Part shown: positions 33,932-47,680 of the stretch, piece after piece | Numbering within the stretch: the stretch's first letter is position 1 | Layout: the number at the start of each line of letters is the position of its first letter | Assembly: GCF_000143415.4 (NCBI RefSeq) | Contig: NW_003314319.1 | Location: 648,365-712,364, forward strand | DNA: 64,000 bases | Direction of reading: 5' to 3' | Source of the DNA: Selaginella moellendorffii | Lineage: Eukaryota; Plantae; Lycopodiophyta | Program-made: the position numbers and the translations under genes | The notes under the pieces: model-generated | Databases searched by the model: none | What the model saw: the letters and a program-made list of their open reading frames with translations, nothing else | What the model was told of the DNA's origin: nothing

Positions 33932-35501
33932 TTAAACATGAATGACATTGCCATTAGATTTAAGAATGGCTTCAATGACGGCAACATCAGCATATGCCTC
34001 GCTGGGACTGCTGCGCTTGTCAGGTACTCCTCCCTGAGTAAACGTCAACTAGTGAGTCAATATTATATAGGATCTTCATGCTTACCATAGTGATGTCATT
34101 GATAAATGCTCCCAATTCTTCTTCCACTCCACAGCAGGGATAGAACACTGAATTTTTACCGGTTGAAGTAGAACAAGTTACCTTCACCGCACATCACAAA
34201 TTATTAGTCAATGTAAGCTTAGTCTATAATATAACTCACCAAAAATCCTGGCTGATCATCTTTAACATCTTGATCTACATAGATTGTACCTTCAGTTCCA
34301 ACAACCTTCCAGCTCATCTAAAGTTCAGATAATTTATATGAGAACAGATTTTGAAAGCAAATTTCTTAGTACCTTTTTAGTAATGCATGAAAATGATATC
34401 ATTAAGGTACCCACACACCCATTTTCCAACTCTCTGTAAGTCCAAGTTTTAACAACATTTTAAAAAGCTAATTAGAGAAAGACTTACATCAATGCTGAGA
34501 CATTGTCTGGAGAAGGTAGAGCATTATCCACATGACGGGAGATTGCTGACACACTTCTAATCTCAAAGCCAGTTATCTATTTACAGAAAATCAGAACCAA
34601 TAAACAGATAAATAAATCAAGGGTAACTCTTCCTTCTTACCAATCTTAGTCCCGCTATTTGATGAACAGCACTATCCATTATATATCCCCCCTGCAAAAT
34701 AGTGCTTAAACAAAACAAAACAATAAAAATTATAATTTGATTACCTGGAGTTGCCTTCTCCAAACGCTTGAAAAAGAAGGTCGTGAAATATTCATAGGAC
34801 TTTCAAGAATTACTTCCACCGCCACCATATGTCCTATATCCTTCACCAACTTACTAGCCTGTTTCAAATGAAGTATTTATTAACTATATTTTATGTTTTA
34901 AAAGATTCATACCTCTGCAAGTGCTTGCTCAAATCTATAGTTTTCCCCTATTGCCCAGACCAGCTTATCATTGTCTAATCCCTTGTATAAGTTTACTAAA
35001 CTTTGAGCTTTCTGTGTACTTGGGGCTAATGGCTTTTCTGTAATGTGAGATTTTAGTAGCAATTTTAAGTTTGAAACTATCATACCTTGCAATACATGTT
35101 TCCCAGCAGTAAGAGCTTGAATTGCATAAGTCCCCTATTAAATAATGTGTGAGAAATACAAAACTAAAAATTTGATATTCATACCTGGATCTCTGGTTCA
35201 AGAACTATAGCCACCCCAATGATGCTATTATCCATTAGAATGTCATTAAAACCTTCTTCACCCCACTTAGGCTGTACTTCCGGCACACGATCTTTGATCA
35301 AGGACACCGCTGACTCTGCCGATTCCTGGAGAAAAGGTTATATCGCCTGAAATGAATCCTTCAAAAACCTACCTGCGAACGACTCCATATTGCTTTAAAC
35401 GAAACTCTATCCATCAGCTTCGTAGAGAGTAGTGGCAAATATTGCTTTTTGGCAAAACCTCCAGCTCCTATCAATGCAAAACCAGGTGCCATAGCCTCCA
35501 T
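33932..35501 (-). CDS. Gfo/Idh/MocA family NAD(P)-dependent oxidoreductase, multi-exon
   Basis: MEAMAPGFALIGAGGFAKKQYLP..KAIWSRSQ|ESA..KWGEEG, AGKHVLQ|EKP, WAIGENYRFE, GGYIMDSAVH.IAGLR and EAYADVAVIEAILKS. Confidence 0.85.
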
Positions 35502-35616
35502 TAACCAAACCCTTACCATTCAACCTCAATTTAAAGAAAGAACAAAGGAGCTTTTTTTAAAGGTAGAGTAAAGGCCGCCGGATCTGGCTAATCGTGCCCG
35601 TCGATGGGCCATGGTG

Positions 35617-35830
35617 CTGCCGTGTGATTGAAACCACAGAATCCATACAGGCCCGAAAAAATCAAAATCGGTCCTAATTCCCTGGAAAAAGCAAGAGATA
35701 TTTGGAGAAACTTACGAGCTGGCCGCCGCATGATTGCCTCCCATTCTTTCTAACCCATGCTTACCAAAACGGATTGAGAGGCGCCGACAAGTGCGGGAAA
35801 GAAGCCATGCTCGTGGAACCCAGAACATTT
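35617..35830 (-). pseudogene. Second decayed fragment of the RCC1-like gene 3' end
   Basis: gctgccgtgtgattgaaaccacag, gaaaaaatcaaaatcggtcc and tttggagaaacttacgagctggccgccgc are identical to sequence at 39469-39650. Confidence 0.85.
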
Positions 35831-35989
35831 TTTCTCGCTATCTGTCATAGTTTTCCAAGGAAAAAACAGTTTGATTGTCCATTCCTTTGAAGTCATAACA
35901 CGAGGTGGTATTCTTGGTTCTTCGTTCTCGCGCTGGCGCCACGGTCACGGATCTTCCGGATGCTAACCACTGGCAGCAGCTCGGAATGC

Positions 35990-37075
35990 GGCCTCGATTT
36001 TGTGACGATACGGCTGATCAGCTGTACTAGGTGCGGTTGTTGGAATCTCTTCCCAGAGCCAGATTTCAGCTCCTTTCCAATGGCGCGCGATCGCGACAAA
36101 TATTTCCAGTGGGATAAGAATTAAGAAGTTATACGTACATGAAAAGTTTTTTCTCATGCAGGCTTAATCGAGTGAACGGAGCAGTGATTTTTTGAAGCAA
36201 CAGTTCATGCGCTGCTCTTTGGTGGAAAGGGTTATCCTCGCAATGCTTCGTTCGATTCGTTCTTTCGTTTTCTCTAATTCTGTGGTTTGCAGGTATGGGA
36301 ATGATCAACAGAGAAACTCCTGACTTCCTTCAAATGGTACGTTTTGGTGATTCTTTAGCTTGCTTTCTTACATGCTGTACGCAGGAATTGCTTTCATTGT
36401 ACTGGAACCTTCAAGGGGGATCCTTACACTGATATCATCGTACTGGAACGGGAATCCTGATATCATCGTCAAGTATTGACACTTTTGACTCCAGACTACA
36501 GCAAGACAAGCACGCAGTAGCACTGATTCCATTCTTAATATTTGGTACGGCTTCGAGACCAAGAGTTGTCCCTTATTCTGTCATATTTCTGTTGCTTACT
36601 TTGGAGAAGGTATTGTTTTGATTTTCTCGATTTCTTAAGCTCAACTGTTCGCAGTGTATATGTGAAAGGGGATGCCTAGACTTCCTTTTGGACGGCGGGA
36701 GGACAAGCTGTATCTCAATCTACCATGCTTGTTAAAGGTACTTTTTGATTGCGCTTTATATAGGTGCTCATGGAAGTGGTGCGTGTACCTGCTGTCAATA
36801 TGCTTGCGCAAGGATTTGGCAGAGGTCGCATGAATATGGCATCATATGACGGCCTCTATGTTTTGCCATTTTATCATCTTACATCTTAGTACTGCCTTGA
36901 TACTGTTCACGGCTACTCCCAAACAAGTAAGCGAATGTTGTTGTCGTTTTTAGTTCGAGAAAAGCCACCACAGAGTTTCGAAGTAGTCAATTCGAGCTAG
37001 AAGCGAAGTTGATGGCTCTCCAGAGATGGGTCCAATTCCAATGCTGCTGCTGCCTTGTGAAAATGTACAGGTGTT
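35990..37075 (+). pseudogene. ACAD8-like pseudogene, copy B (inverted relative to copy A)
   Basis: Reverse-complement similarity to 30560-31580 in both exons and introns. Motifs PFGRREDKL, VLMEVVRVPAVNML and GRMNMAS. Confidence 0.75.
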
Positions 37076-37215
37076 GTGCTGATTGCTCGGCTCTAAAAGT
37101 TTTTGTTTTCTTTTTCACTGATACTTTGCATATACATATGAAGATTGCAACCTCATATGTATATATATGTATATCCTTTCTCTTCGCTTCACACTCCATT
37201 CCTCTGCTCTACACT

Positions 37216-38929
37216 ATGTTGCATCTTTGCTTTTTGCTCGCCTCCTTTTTCTATGCTTGCAGTGGGGAATTTGGATTCCCACATCCTGGGGAACAGTATC
37301 CCACTTCCACTTCGATCATGAACGACCTCTTTTTCGTTCCAAGCTGGGACAGTGTCCAGCAGTCAGGCCCGTTTGACTACATCATCGTTGGCACAGGATT
37401 CTGCGGCTACGCCTTTGCAGCTCAAATTCTAGAGAAAAGTCCTCATGCAAAAATCCTCATGCTGGAGCGAGGACCTTTCTTTTTGCCCGCTCACTTCCAA
37501 AGTCTTCCCCTTGCTCTCCAAGGCACGGTCGCAGCAAAACTCGAAAGCTATCCGTGGACACTCACGCAAGCCACAGCAGAGTCTCCCTATGCAAAGTGGG
37601 TACACGGGGTGGCACCTTTTTTTGGCGGGCGATCGACGAAATGGAGCGGCTGGTGCCCGAGACCGACTGCCCAAGAAATGGAGGGATGGCACCCGTCCGT
37701 GATCGACGCCGCTGGACGCTACTTCGAAAGAGCTGAGAGGCTTTTGAATGTTACTAATTCATTCTACCGCTCCGCTTTGCAGGAAGAGATCATGCAGCTA
37801 ATGCACAGCCGACTCCACACTGTCAGCTCTGCGATGCGGGTGATGCCAGCTCCACTTTCAATTGAAGACGGATCCAAATTTTCAGTGGTCGGTTCTTTGC
37901 TCCAGCTAGTGCTGCGCCAGAGAACGCTTGCGAAACAAGGTCATGGGGCTCCTTTGAGAATCGTTATCAACTGCGTGGTGAAGAGAATCTCAGAAAGTGA
38001 AGGGGTGCTTGAGACATCCAAAGGAGAAGTCACGTTGAGCGCTAGAACGAGAATCGTGCTTGCCATGGGCGCAATTCCACCCGCCACTCTACTCGTAAAT
38101 TCCATACCAGCGCTGGCAAAAGCTCCACTGCAATTTAGCTCCCATCTTATTAGTGCCATCACAGCAAGAGTGCCTCGAAAGGAGTATCCATTTGCCAGCA
38201 GACTTGATATCCAGCAGACACCACAGATTGGAGCGTTCTACTTGGCAGGTTGTTTTCTTCGTTTGGTTCATCCAACTTTAACTGTTTTTTTTTTTTTTTT
38301 ATTCTGGTTTTTCAGGTGTACATGGAAAACTGCAATTTCACATCCAAGCAACTGTGATATCAAGCCCAAGTCTGGAACCCGAAGATATCATTACCATGGG
38401 CCATCGAATGCCGGATGTTCTCACTAGTGCAACTCCGGAGCAGCTCAAACAGTCAAAGGAGTACGTTTTATTTGTGTTTGCCATCTTGGGTGAGCAAGAG
38501 ATCAAGAATTCCTCTTGGATTCGAAAGAACGACAAAGATCCAGACTTGACAACCAACATCAAGCTGCAGATCCAGCAGTCTAGAGGTGATATGGAAGTGT
38601 GGGATGCCATGGAAGCAGGAGCTTTCCAAGTGCTGGAGAACATCCTCTCCCCCAACAAGTCAAGCTCTCTCCAGTATTGGAACAAGGACAAATGGACTAG
38701 CCAGCGCCCGGCCAAAAAGGTGACTCGCCGACCAGGATGCGTTCACGAGGGATCATCTCTTCCTATTGGAGACGATGGTAATCAATTAGTGGATCTTGAC
38801 TATCGCTTGGCGGGCTCGCAAAACATTTATATCACAGGTGCTGCACTGTGGCCAAGAAGTGGATCCTGGAACCCGACTTTAACCATGGTTGCTCTCACTC
38901 TGGACTTAGCAGATCGTTTATCTAGTTAA
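37216..38929 (+). CDS. Secreted GMC oxidoreductase, pyranose oxidase/C-glycoside oxidase-like (548 aa)
   Basis: Signal-peptide-like MLHLCFLLASFFYACSG; FDYIIVGTGFCG..MLERG; GGRSTKWSGWCPRP; VHEGSS; WNPTLTMVAL. A single intron at 38249-38315 joins the two ORFs in frame. Confidence 0.85.
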
Positions 38930-38989
38930 ATCTAACTATACCAGAATAAATATGAAATACAATGGTTCTGTCTCCAAAGCATTTCAGGA

Positions 38990-39200
38990 ATAAGAACCTA
39001 TCGTCGATCTGGAAGAACTCGAAAGCTCTTGAAAGCCTTTGATAAGTTTCTCAATCTCGCTGCTGCTACTGCCGGCTCCCATAGCAAAAGTTATGGAGTT
39101 CAGAAGAGGAAGCTCGGCCACCACCTTGCATTTATCGCACAGAAAGTCATCGGCAAGAGTTCCTGTTCCCACAAACCAATGGTGATCCTGGCATTTCTCG
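38990..39200 (-). pseudogene. Fragment of an Orn/Lys/Arg decarboxylase (class I PLP) gene
   Basis: ITIGLWE (shifted frame) followed by ADDFLCDKCKVVAELPLLNSITFAMGAG..EIEKLIKGFQEL, resembling the C-terminal region of plant bacterial-type decarboxylases. Confidence 0.5.
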
Positions 39201-39443
39201 TTCCAAAAACCAATACTTATTCCAATCAATAATTCCAATATATAAACCAAATTTTAGATAAAGAATTCCAAGCCTCGCTTCTGATGGCTCGTCAATTGTT
39301 CCACTGGTCTACTTCAGGGGGGAAGCAGCGCGCGTAGCAGTAGGAATGAAACTGCCGACCTGATCCAAAGAAATGATAGTCTGAAAAAAGAATAGCCGGA
39401 CCACCTCGTGTTGTGACTTCAAAAGAATACAAGCAAAGAATTT

Positions 39444-41743
39444 CTATATCTCTATCTCCTCGAGAATGGCTGCCGTGTGATTGAAACCACAGGAGACGTG
39501 AAGCGCCGAAAGCCGATCATCCATCTCGATTGGAACAGGCTCGAAAAAATCAAAATCGGTCCCAACTCCCTGGAAAAAGCACGAAGACCTTTCGATATTT
39601 TCACGAAGAACTTTGGAACTTTGGAGAAACTTACGAGCTGGCCGCCGCTTGATTCTGCTTGCGTTGCGTAAGTTCCATATGATCCTCCCCATCCCCAGCT
39701 AAAAATGTAGCCATCTACACTCGCGAGGGATACATTGTTCCTTAGAGCTTTCATCAAGTTTCTAGCTTGGGTTTTGCTTACCGCTTATAGCTGCTGTGTG
39801 CTTCCATCCACACGATATCTAAAACACGGAATCACGCAACAGTAAGATTTGTTAGAGTGAAATGCGATAGATACCTCTGACATGAATGCCTCGGCCAAGC
39901 TTTCCAAACGCAGTGGCTTGCTACTCGCACGAAATCTGATAAAAACTTGAGACTTTCTGGCAATGAAAGCTTTTCTGTGTGCCTACCCAGAGCCCAGGCA
40001 GCCATGCTCGTTAGATCCCCACGTATAAATGTCGCCGTCCTCTAAAACACAAGAGAAAAGATAGTGAGGATGAAACGAGCGTTTTCTTCTTACGAGTTAT
40101 AGCACCGGTGTGATAGCCTCCGCACGAAATGGAAGAGACGCGAGGAAGATCTGGAATTGGACATGGCTGTGACGCATCGTTGTTGTTGCCAAGGCCCTGC
40201 ATAAATATCACACCTTGAGTGAAAGGAAAAGGGAGAAAGACAAAAAGAAAAGAAGAAAAGAAACTTTAGCACACACACACTATCCCAAGCAACTACGTGA
40301 CTGGCGCCGCCTTCTTGGTTGTTGATCTAAGATTCAAGCAGGTTCGTCATCTTCACCTAAGAAATTCATCAGAGATTGAGATCTCAAGACCTCTCCTCTA
40401 AGCTAAGAAGAAACTGACGAGACGACCATACCAGCTGACACATCGAGCCTTGGCCAAACGAGTAAATCGTTCCACTGTCTGTGGAGAAAATAAAAACATT
40501 GAAATAAAGAAAGATTTGCACACATCACCTCCTTACCATCCGCACACGCAGAGTGCACTAGTCCGGCCGAAACGCTACGAACCTGCACGAAAAGAAAAAT
40601 AAATGTCTACTTAGTGAATACGCAAAGCACGAATTTCACCTGGAGCTTTTCTAGACAGTGGATTATCCTTGGAGTGTACTCACTGTGAAGTACGAGATTA
40701 TAGACGTAAGCAACAAACACACCACTTACTTTGTATCTTTAAAGAAGTCAAAGAATCCCGTCATCTCGCCGTGTCCAAGGCAACCAAATCTATTGGTTCC
40801 CCAGCTCAGAACTTGGCCAGTTTCTGGAAAAATAAACAACAAGACAACAAACATCACCATTTGTCATATGTTTCTTCCCTTCATACCCGCAAGTCCAAGT
40901 GAATGGTCCGTTCCCAGAGCCAGAGCCTTCAAGCGCATTCCGGCCAAGGATTCCATCTTCTGCGGAGTGATGTAAACCGACTTAGCACCTGTAACAAGCA
41001 AGAGCTTGCAACGATTGGGAGAAAAGAAAACACTACACTTACGTTTGCCGAGTCCCAGCTGACCTTCGCTGTTTCTTCCCCAGACATAAGTCTCGCCACT
41101 TGCTGCATAGACACAAGTCACAAACGATTCAGCAAAGCGAAAAGGGAAAGAGAACAGAGAGATCACAAAGAACATGCAAGACAATCCAGCTAGAGATTTT
41201 ATACAAGTGATGGCAGCAGAATGGTACCGTCCAGCTGCAATATGTACACAAGGATCAGGAAACCCATGCACCTCCACAGGATCCTACACCAAAAATCACG
41301 TAGAATGAACGCTCCCAAGTAGAAAAAAGGAAGAAACTTACAAAGCTAGATTCGCTCTTCAATGGAACTCCAAGCTGACCGCTACTGTTCAATCCAGTTG
41401 CAAACACACGTCCCTTGTCTGCAAATACCATCCAAAGTAGCGAAGAGAAAAATCCATGGAAACGAGAGGAAAAGACCAACATACCAGTGAGGATGAGTGT
41501 GTGAGCACCACCGCAAGAGACAGAGCAAGGCTCGTGAGATTCCAGCGCTCGGCACAAAACTGGCTCGAATTGAGAGCCCGACTCGCTGAGGCCGAGCCTG
41601 CCTTGATCGCCATTTCCCCACAGCGCCACCCATCTTTTTCCAGCCTTGCCCGAGACCTCCACTTTGTTCTTGGCTGTGAGACCATACGCCCTTCGCCGCT
41701 TGATGACCGAGCGCATCCATAGCTGCAATCTGGAAGGACCCAT
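39444..41743 (-). CDS. RCC1/UVR8-like repeat protein (RUG-type, probably organellar), multi-exon
   Basis: ALWGNGDQGRLG, SCGGAHT, GLNSSGQLG, AAGRYHS, WGRNSEGQLG, SWGWGGSYGT..ESSGGQL and VSCGFNHTAA. Confidence 0.9.
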
Positions 41744-41871
41744 CGCTACTAGAGCAAGCGGAGACCTAGCAAAAAATGCGAAGTACAAAAGAAAGTACTA
41801 CCTTTAAAAGCGTGAAGATGAGAGCTAGAAAAGAGAGCCACCATTTCATTCATTAGAGACGAAAAGGTACT

Positions 41872-43610
<1,739 letters not shown>

Positions 43611-43929
43611 GAATCTGGAGCTCCAGCGCCCAACCCTGGAATCGCAGCCCTGGTCCAAAACTTCCCGTTTGAGGTAAAACGAAGAATGCACGAGGCCTCT
43701 CTTGAGAATCGAAAGCATCGTGCCTAGAATCGGATTAATTAGCGAGTAAAGAATTCTATTACCTTCGAGCGCGTGTGAAACTCGTCAAAGAAAAACCCTA
43801 GATAAAAACAGAGGATACGGGTTTAGGGTTTATACAAACTATTATTGTTATCTTTGTTATTTGCTATTTATCTTACTCTTTGTTATTATATATTAACAAA
43901 GATATGATATGTATGACATGTTTTCTTCT

Positions 43930-44270
43930 TTAGTTCCCTTTAGAAACTTTGGGGATGGATCTTGGAGTAGGGCCTGGCCTGGGACGATACCTCCGCTGTG
44001 GAATAGGATCCACATCCTCATAGTCGGTCTATCAAAAATCTCACAACCAAAGGTTCCAGCAATCAAATTATCAGTGATGATAATTATAATCTCATCACTC
44101 ACCTTCCTCCAGTGTGCCAGTGCCAAACTACTTGCTTTTTTTTGGGCAAAACCATAGCCTTGTTAGCTACAACCACTTGGATGAAAACACACACACAGTA
44201 AAGTACCTTGGAGCCTTGCTCCTTCACAACACGCGAGTATCACAAGAAGCAAACTTAAAACCTTGATCAT
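43930..44270 (-). CDS. Candidate small secreted sulfotyrosine-peptide precursor (PSY-like), 72 aa, 3 exons
   Basis: Exons 44270-44207, 44158-44103 and 44028-43930 give MIKVLSLLLVILACCEGARLQ|GYGFAQKKASSLALAHWRK|TDYEDVDPIPQRRYRPRPGPTPRSIPKVSKGN*. Confidence 0.6.
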
Positions 44271-44557
44271 CCTCCAATTCGAGCTCCTCGCAAATGAAAA
44301 TCTTCGCACTGAAACCATACTATTTGAGCCAAATCCAGCGATGACGAGGGTGAAGATCACATCCTGGAGGAATCCCCACCAACGATTGAATTGAAAGCCA
44401 CCTTAAAGTTTTTAGAGTGAACACCAGAAACTTCTTTTCGGTGGTACAAAGTCAAGATTCCTGTTATATACACAGTGAAATGTACAAATCGAATGAAACA
44501 ATGTACCTGTGAGGAAGTCCTCCTTCTTTTCCTTTCTTTTCTCTCTCTCTGGTTTAT

Positions 44558-47143
44558 CTAAGTCAGCCCCGCAACTTGTGTGTTCTCTTTTGCGAGCTCG
44601 AAGCTCTTGCGTGCGTCGACTTTGCAGCTCCTGTCAGCAGCGTACATCCGGCGGATCTGCTCTCTGTAAACACTTATCTCGTTGGAAGCTTTGGCTGGAA
44701 CTCGAGCCATGGTGACCAACACCTTGGACCTCTCCTCCTTCTCCACGATCTCCACCACGTCTCCCATCCGGAGCTTCTGGTGAAAGTTCTCCACCTCCTG
44801 ATGGTTTACTCGGGGTGTCATCTCCGAGAGCACGCCTGGATCGAGAAGAAAGTGATCCTCGCCTCTTTCCGTGACGAGGTCGGCAGCAGTGCAACCCGGA
44901 GGAAGCTCTTGAACAATCATCTATGGAGACACACAAGCAAAGTCAGCACAACTTGGAAACTTCAACAAACAAAAAGCTAGATACCTTTTCGTCTTTGAGC
45001 ATGATCACGAACAGTGGATCGTCCTCGCTTTCCGGCGGTCCAGAAAAGGCGTGCCGACAATCGTCCTTGTGGAAAGGAAACGGGCAGGATGACTTCAAGT
45101 CCATATGTGATGGTGAAACTCGTAGCTTGTTGTCCATGATTTCGCTGTGCCAGGTGAGGATCCATCTTGCCCATTCCACCCGTTGCAAAAGGAAAGCGGA
45201 GTGCTTTGTATCGTTTCCTTCCTTGTATCGCCAGTGCGCAGCCATACCGAATTCGGCATGGCTGTGCATTTCTTTCGTTCTTATCTGAACTTCCAAAGGA
45301 AGACCATCCTTGCCGCTTACAACTGTGTGCAATGACTGATACCTGCGAAAGGCGGACTCAGTTCAAAGCTCCAAAACATGAAAGCCAGCCACTTACCCGT
45401 TAGCCTTTGGCTGTTTGATGTAATCCTTTAGTTTTCCTGGAATGTGATCCCAGAGCTTGTGCACAAACTCCAAGGCTTTGTAGCAATCAGCTTCATCTTT
45501 GACAATCAAACGAAGACCTCGGACATCGTATATTTCATCAATACTGCGCCCTTTCCTGCAAATGACCAATGATGAGACGAAATCATAAAGTGCTTTTTGT
45601 CAACTTACTTCTTCATCTTAGTGTAAATGCTGAAAAGAGTTTTAGACCGGCCACAAAGATCTTCGATTTTGATCTTACTTTTACGTAGCGCCTTGTCAAG
45701 CTGCTCAATCGCCGACAGTACCACGCCTCCGCGGCAGCATTCTATCAGTTTGGCAGCAAGTTCCTGATACTCGGTAGGATTTAAGTACTTGAAACACAGG
45801 TCCTCCATCTCTGCTTTCCAGCTCCATATTCCCAGCCTGTTTGCTATGGGTACGAGGATTTCGAGAGTTTCACTGGCGATCCGGTTCTGCTTCTCCGTTG
45901 CCAAAGCTTCCAAAGTTCGCATGTTGTGCAGCCTATCAGCAAGCTTGATCAACACCACACGCACGTCGACCATCGCTAGAAACATTGTCCTGAGACGACC
46001 TGCTTCTAGCGTCTTGCTAGCGATGTTGTTGTCCCTAGCAAGCTGGCTTAGCTGACTTATCTTCGATACCTGTTTAGAACCAAAGTTAGTACCATCGTTC
46101 AAAAACAGTATCAAAACTACATCTTACCCCTACAACAAGGTCAGCGACATCGTCTCCAAAAATGGCACGAATTTGCGCCTCGTCAATGCTTGAATCATCT
46201 AGCGTGTCATGTAGTAAACCAGCGGCAACTACGGTGGCTTCCGCACCAGCCGACGCCAAAAGTATAGCAGTCTCTACGCAGTGAGTCAGGTAAAGTTCTC
46301 CGCTCCGCCTAAACTGCAAGAAAGCAAGCAAGAACACGTAAGAAGATAAGAAGAAGGAAACAAGAAAAGAGAAAAACTTACATGACCGCGATGAGCTTCT
46401 TCGGCCAATCTAAACGCTTTGATTATGAACGGATCCTTGAAAACCTTGTGCCGCCGCTGGGCGTCCACCAAGATCTCATTTGGTGAAGCCTGTTTCGCCG
46501 TTCTGGAATCCGGCACGTCACTAAAGTCAAAGCCCACGAAAGAATTACCGCCATTATGTACAAGGAAATCCGTGAGCGCTGCTGTCAAGCTCTTGCTCTC
46601 CTCTTGACTAACTTCGAATCCTTCTCTCCTATAAACCGGTGTCCGCGTGTCAGCAGTGGCAATACCTCTACCCCACGAACCAACGTGTGGATCCAGCGGA
46701 GGAAGATCAGCGCAAACAGGAGCTTCGCGCCCGGCCACCGAGAAGATGCAGCTACTGTAAGTGTATGGGCTCTGGATGATCGAGACCGAGCTGCGCTTGC
46801 CAAACGAAGATCCGGGAATGTTAATGCTACCGCTGCGACCATCCTCCCATTTGGGATGATCCACTTGAGAGACGCTCCTCACCGACGATGACAAGCTGCC
46901 CGACTCCAGCGCGTCACTGATCGCGCAAGACGAGTGCTGCCGCGCATTGGGACTGGCGAAGAGGTAGGAGAGGCCGCCGGCCCTTGACTGCCGTGGCCCC
47001 GAGCTCTGCCCGCCCTGGAGCCAGCAAAGATGGGCCTCCGAGTCGCTAGAGACGCCGCTGCTGTGGTGAGTGGAGCAATGGCTGCCGCAAGAAACAGGGG
47101 CCGGAGGGGAGCTGGAGTAGAGCGCCATGGAGCAAACGACCAT
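44558..47143 (-). CDS. RSH: RelA/SpoT homolog, RSH2/RSH3 type ((p)ppGpp synthase)
   Basis: [67 protein letters not shown] and [10 protein letters not shown]. Confidence 0.93.
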
Positions 47144-47640
47144 CTGCCGCCTCGAATCGATCAAGCCTGTGCTGGAATCCCTAGATCGCCCTGCGCCACC
47201 GCTACATTCTCACTACGATCCTTAATCTCTGTATCCTAAAATCGCCTCCCATGGCCGAATCCCCAGACAAATCGCCGCAGACAAACACGACCCTAGCTAC
47301 GCAGATCTTACACGATTGGAAGCTCCCGCGTCGCGGCGCCCTGCCCAGAAATATAAACCCTAGCCGGTCCTAGCGGCGCCGCTGCTGCGCCGCCGGCATC
47401 TCCGCCGCCGATTTTTCCGGACTCTTTCGTAATTCCGCCCACGTGGCGCCGACGGTTGTTAGGATAAGCTTAACTCGAGAGGATATCTCGTGAATATGCC
47501 AGTTACCCCACCACACGATCTACCTTCGTTACACGGCATGGGGACACGCATACGCAACACGCAAACGTGACGCCTGGAAGGAGCATGCGTGCCCCACCAC
47601 GTGTCGGGCGGCAAATTCGAAATTGGGCTCTTGTAAGGAT

Positions 47641-47680
47641 TAGGGTTCTTCCAAATCATCTAGGGTTCTTCCAAATCATC
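47641..47680 (+). repeat. Exact 20-bp tandem duplication
   Basis: tagggttcttccaaatcatc x2, overlapping the stop codon of the minus-strand ORF at 47660. Confidence 0.95.

Noticed and set aside
37009-37215. In-frame N-terminal extension of the GMC ORF into the ACAD8 relic
   Set aside because: Low-complexity, TA-rich sequence; the ATG at 37216 gives a clean signal peptide.
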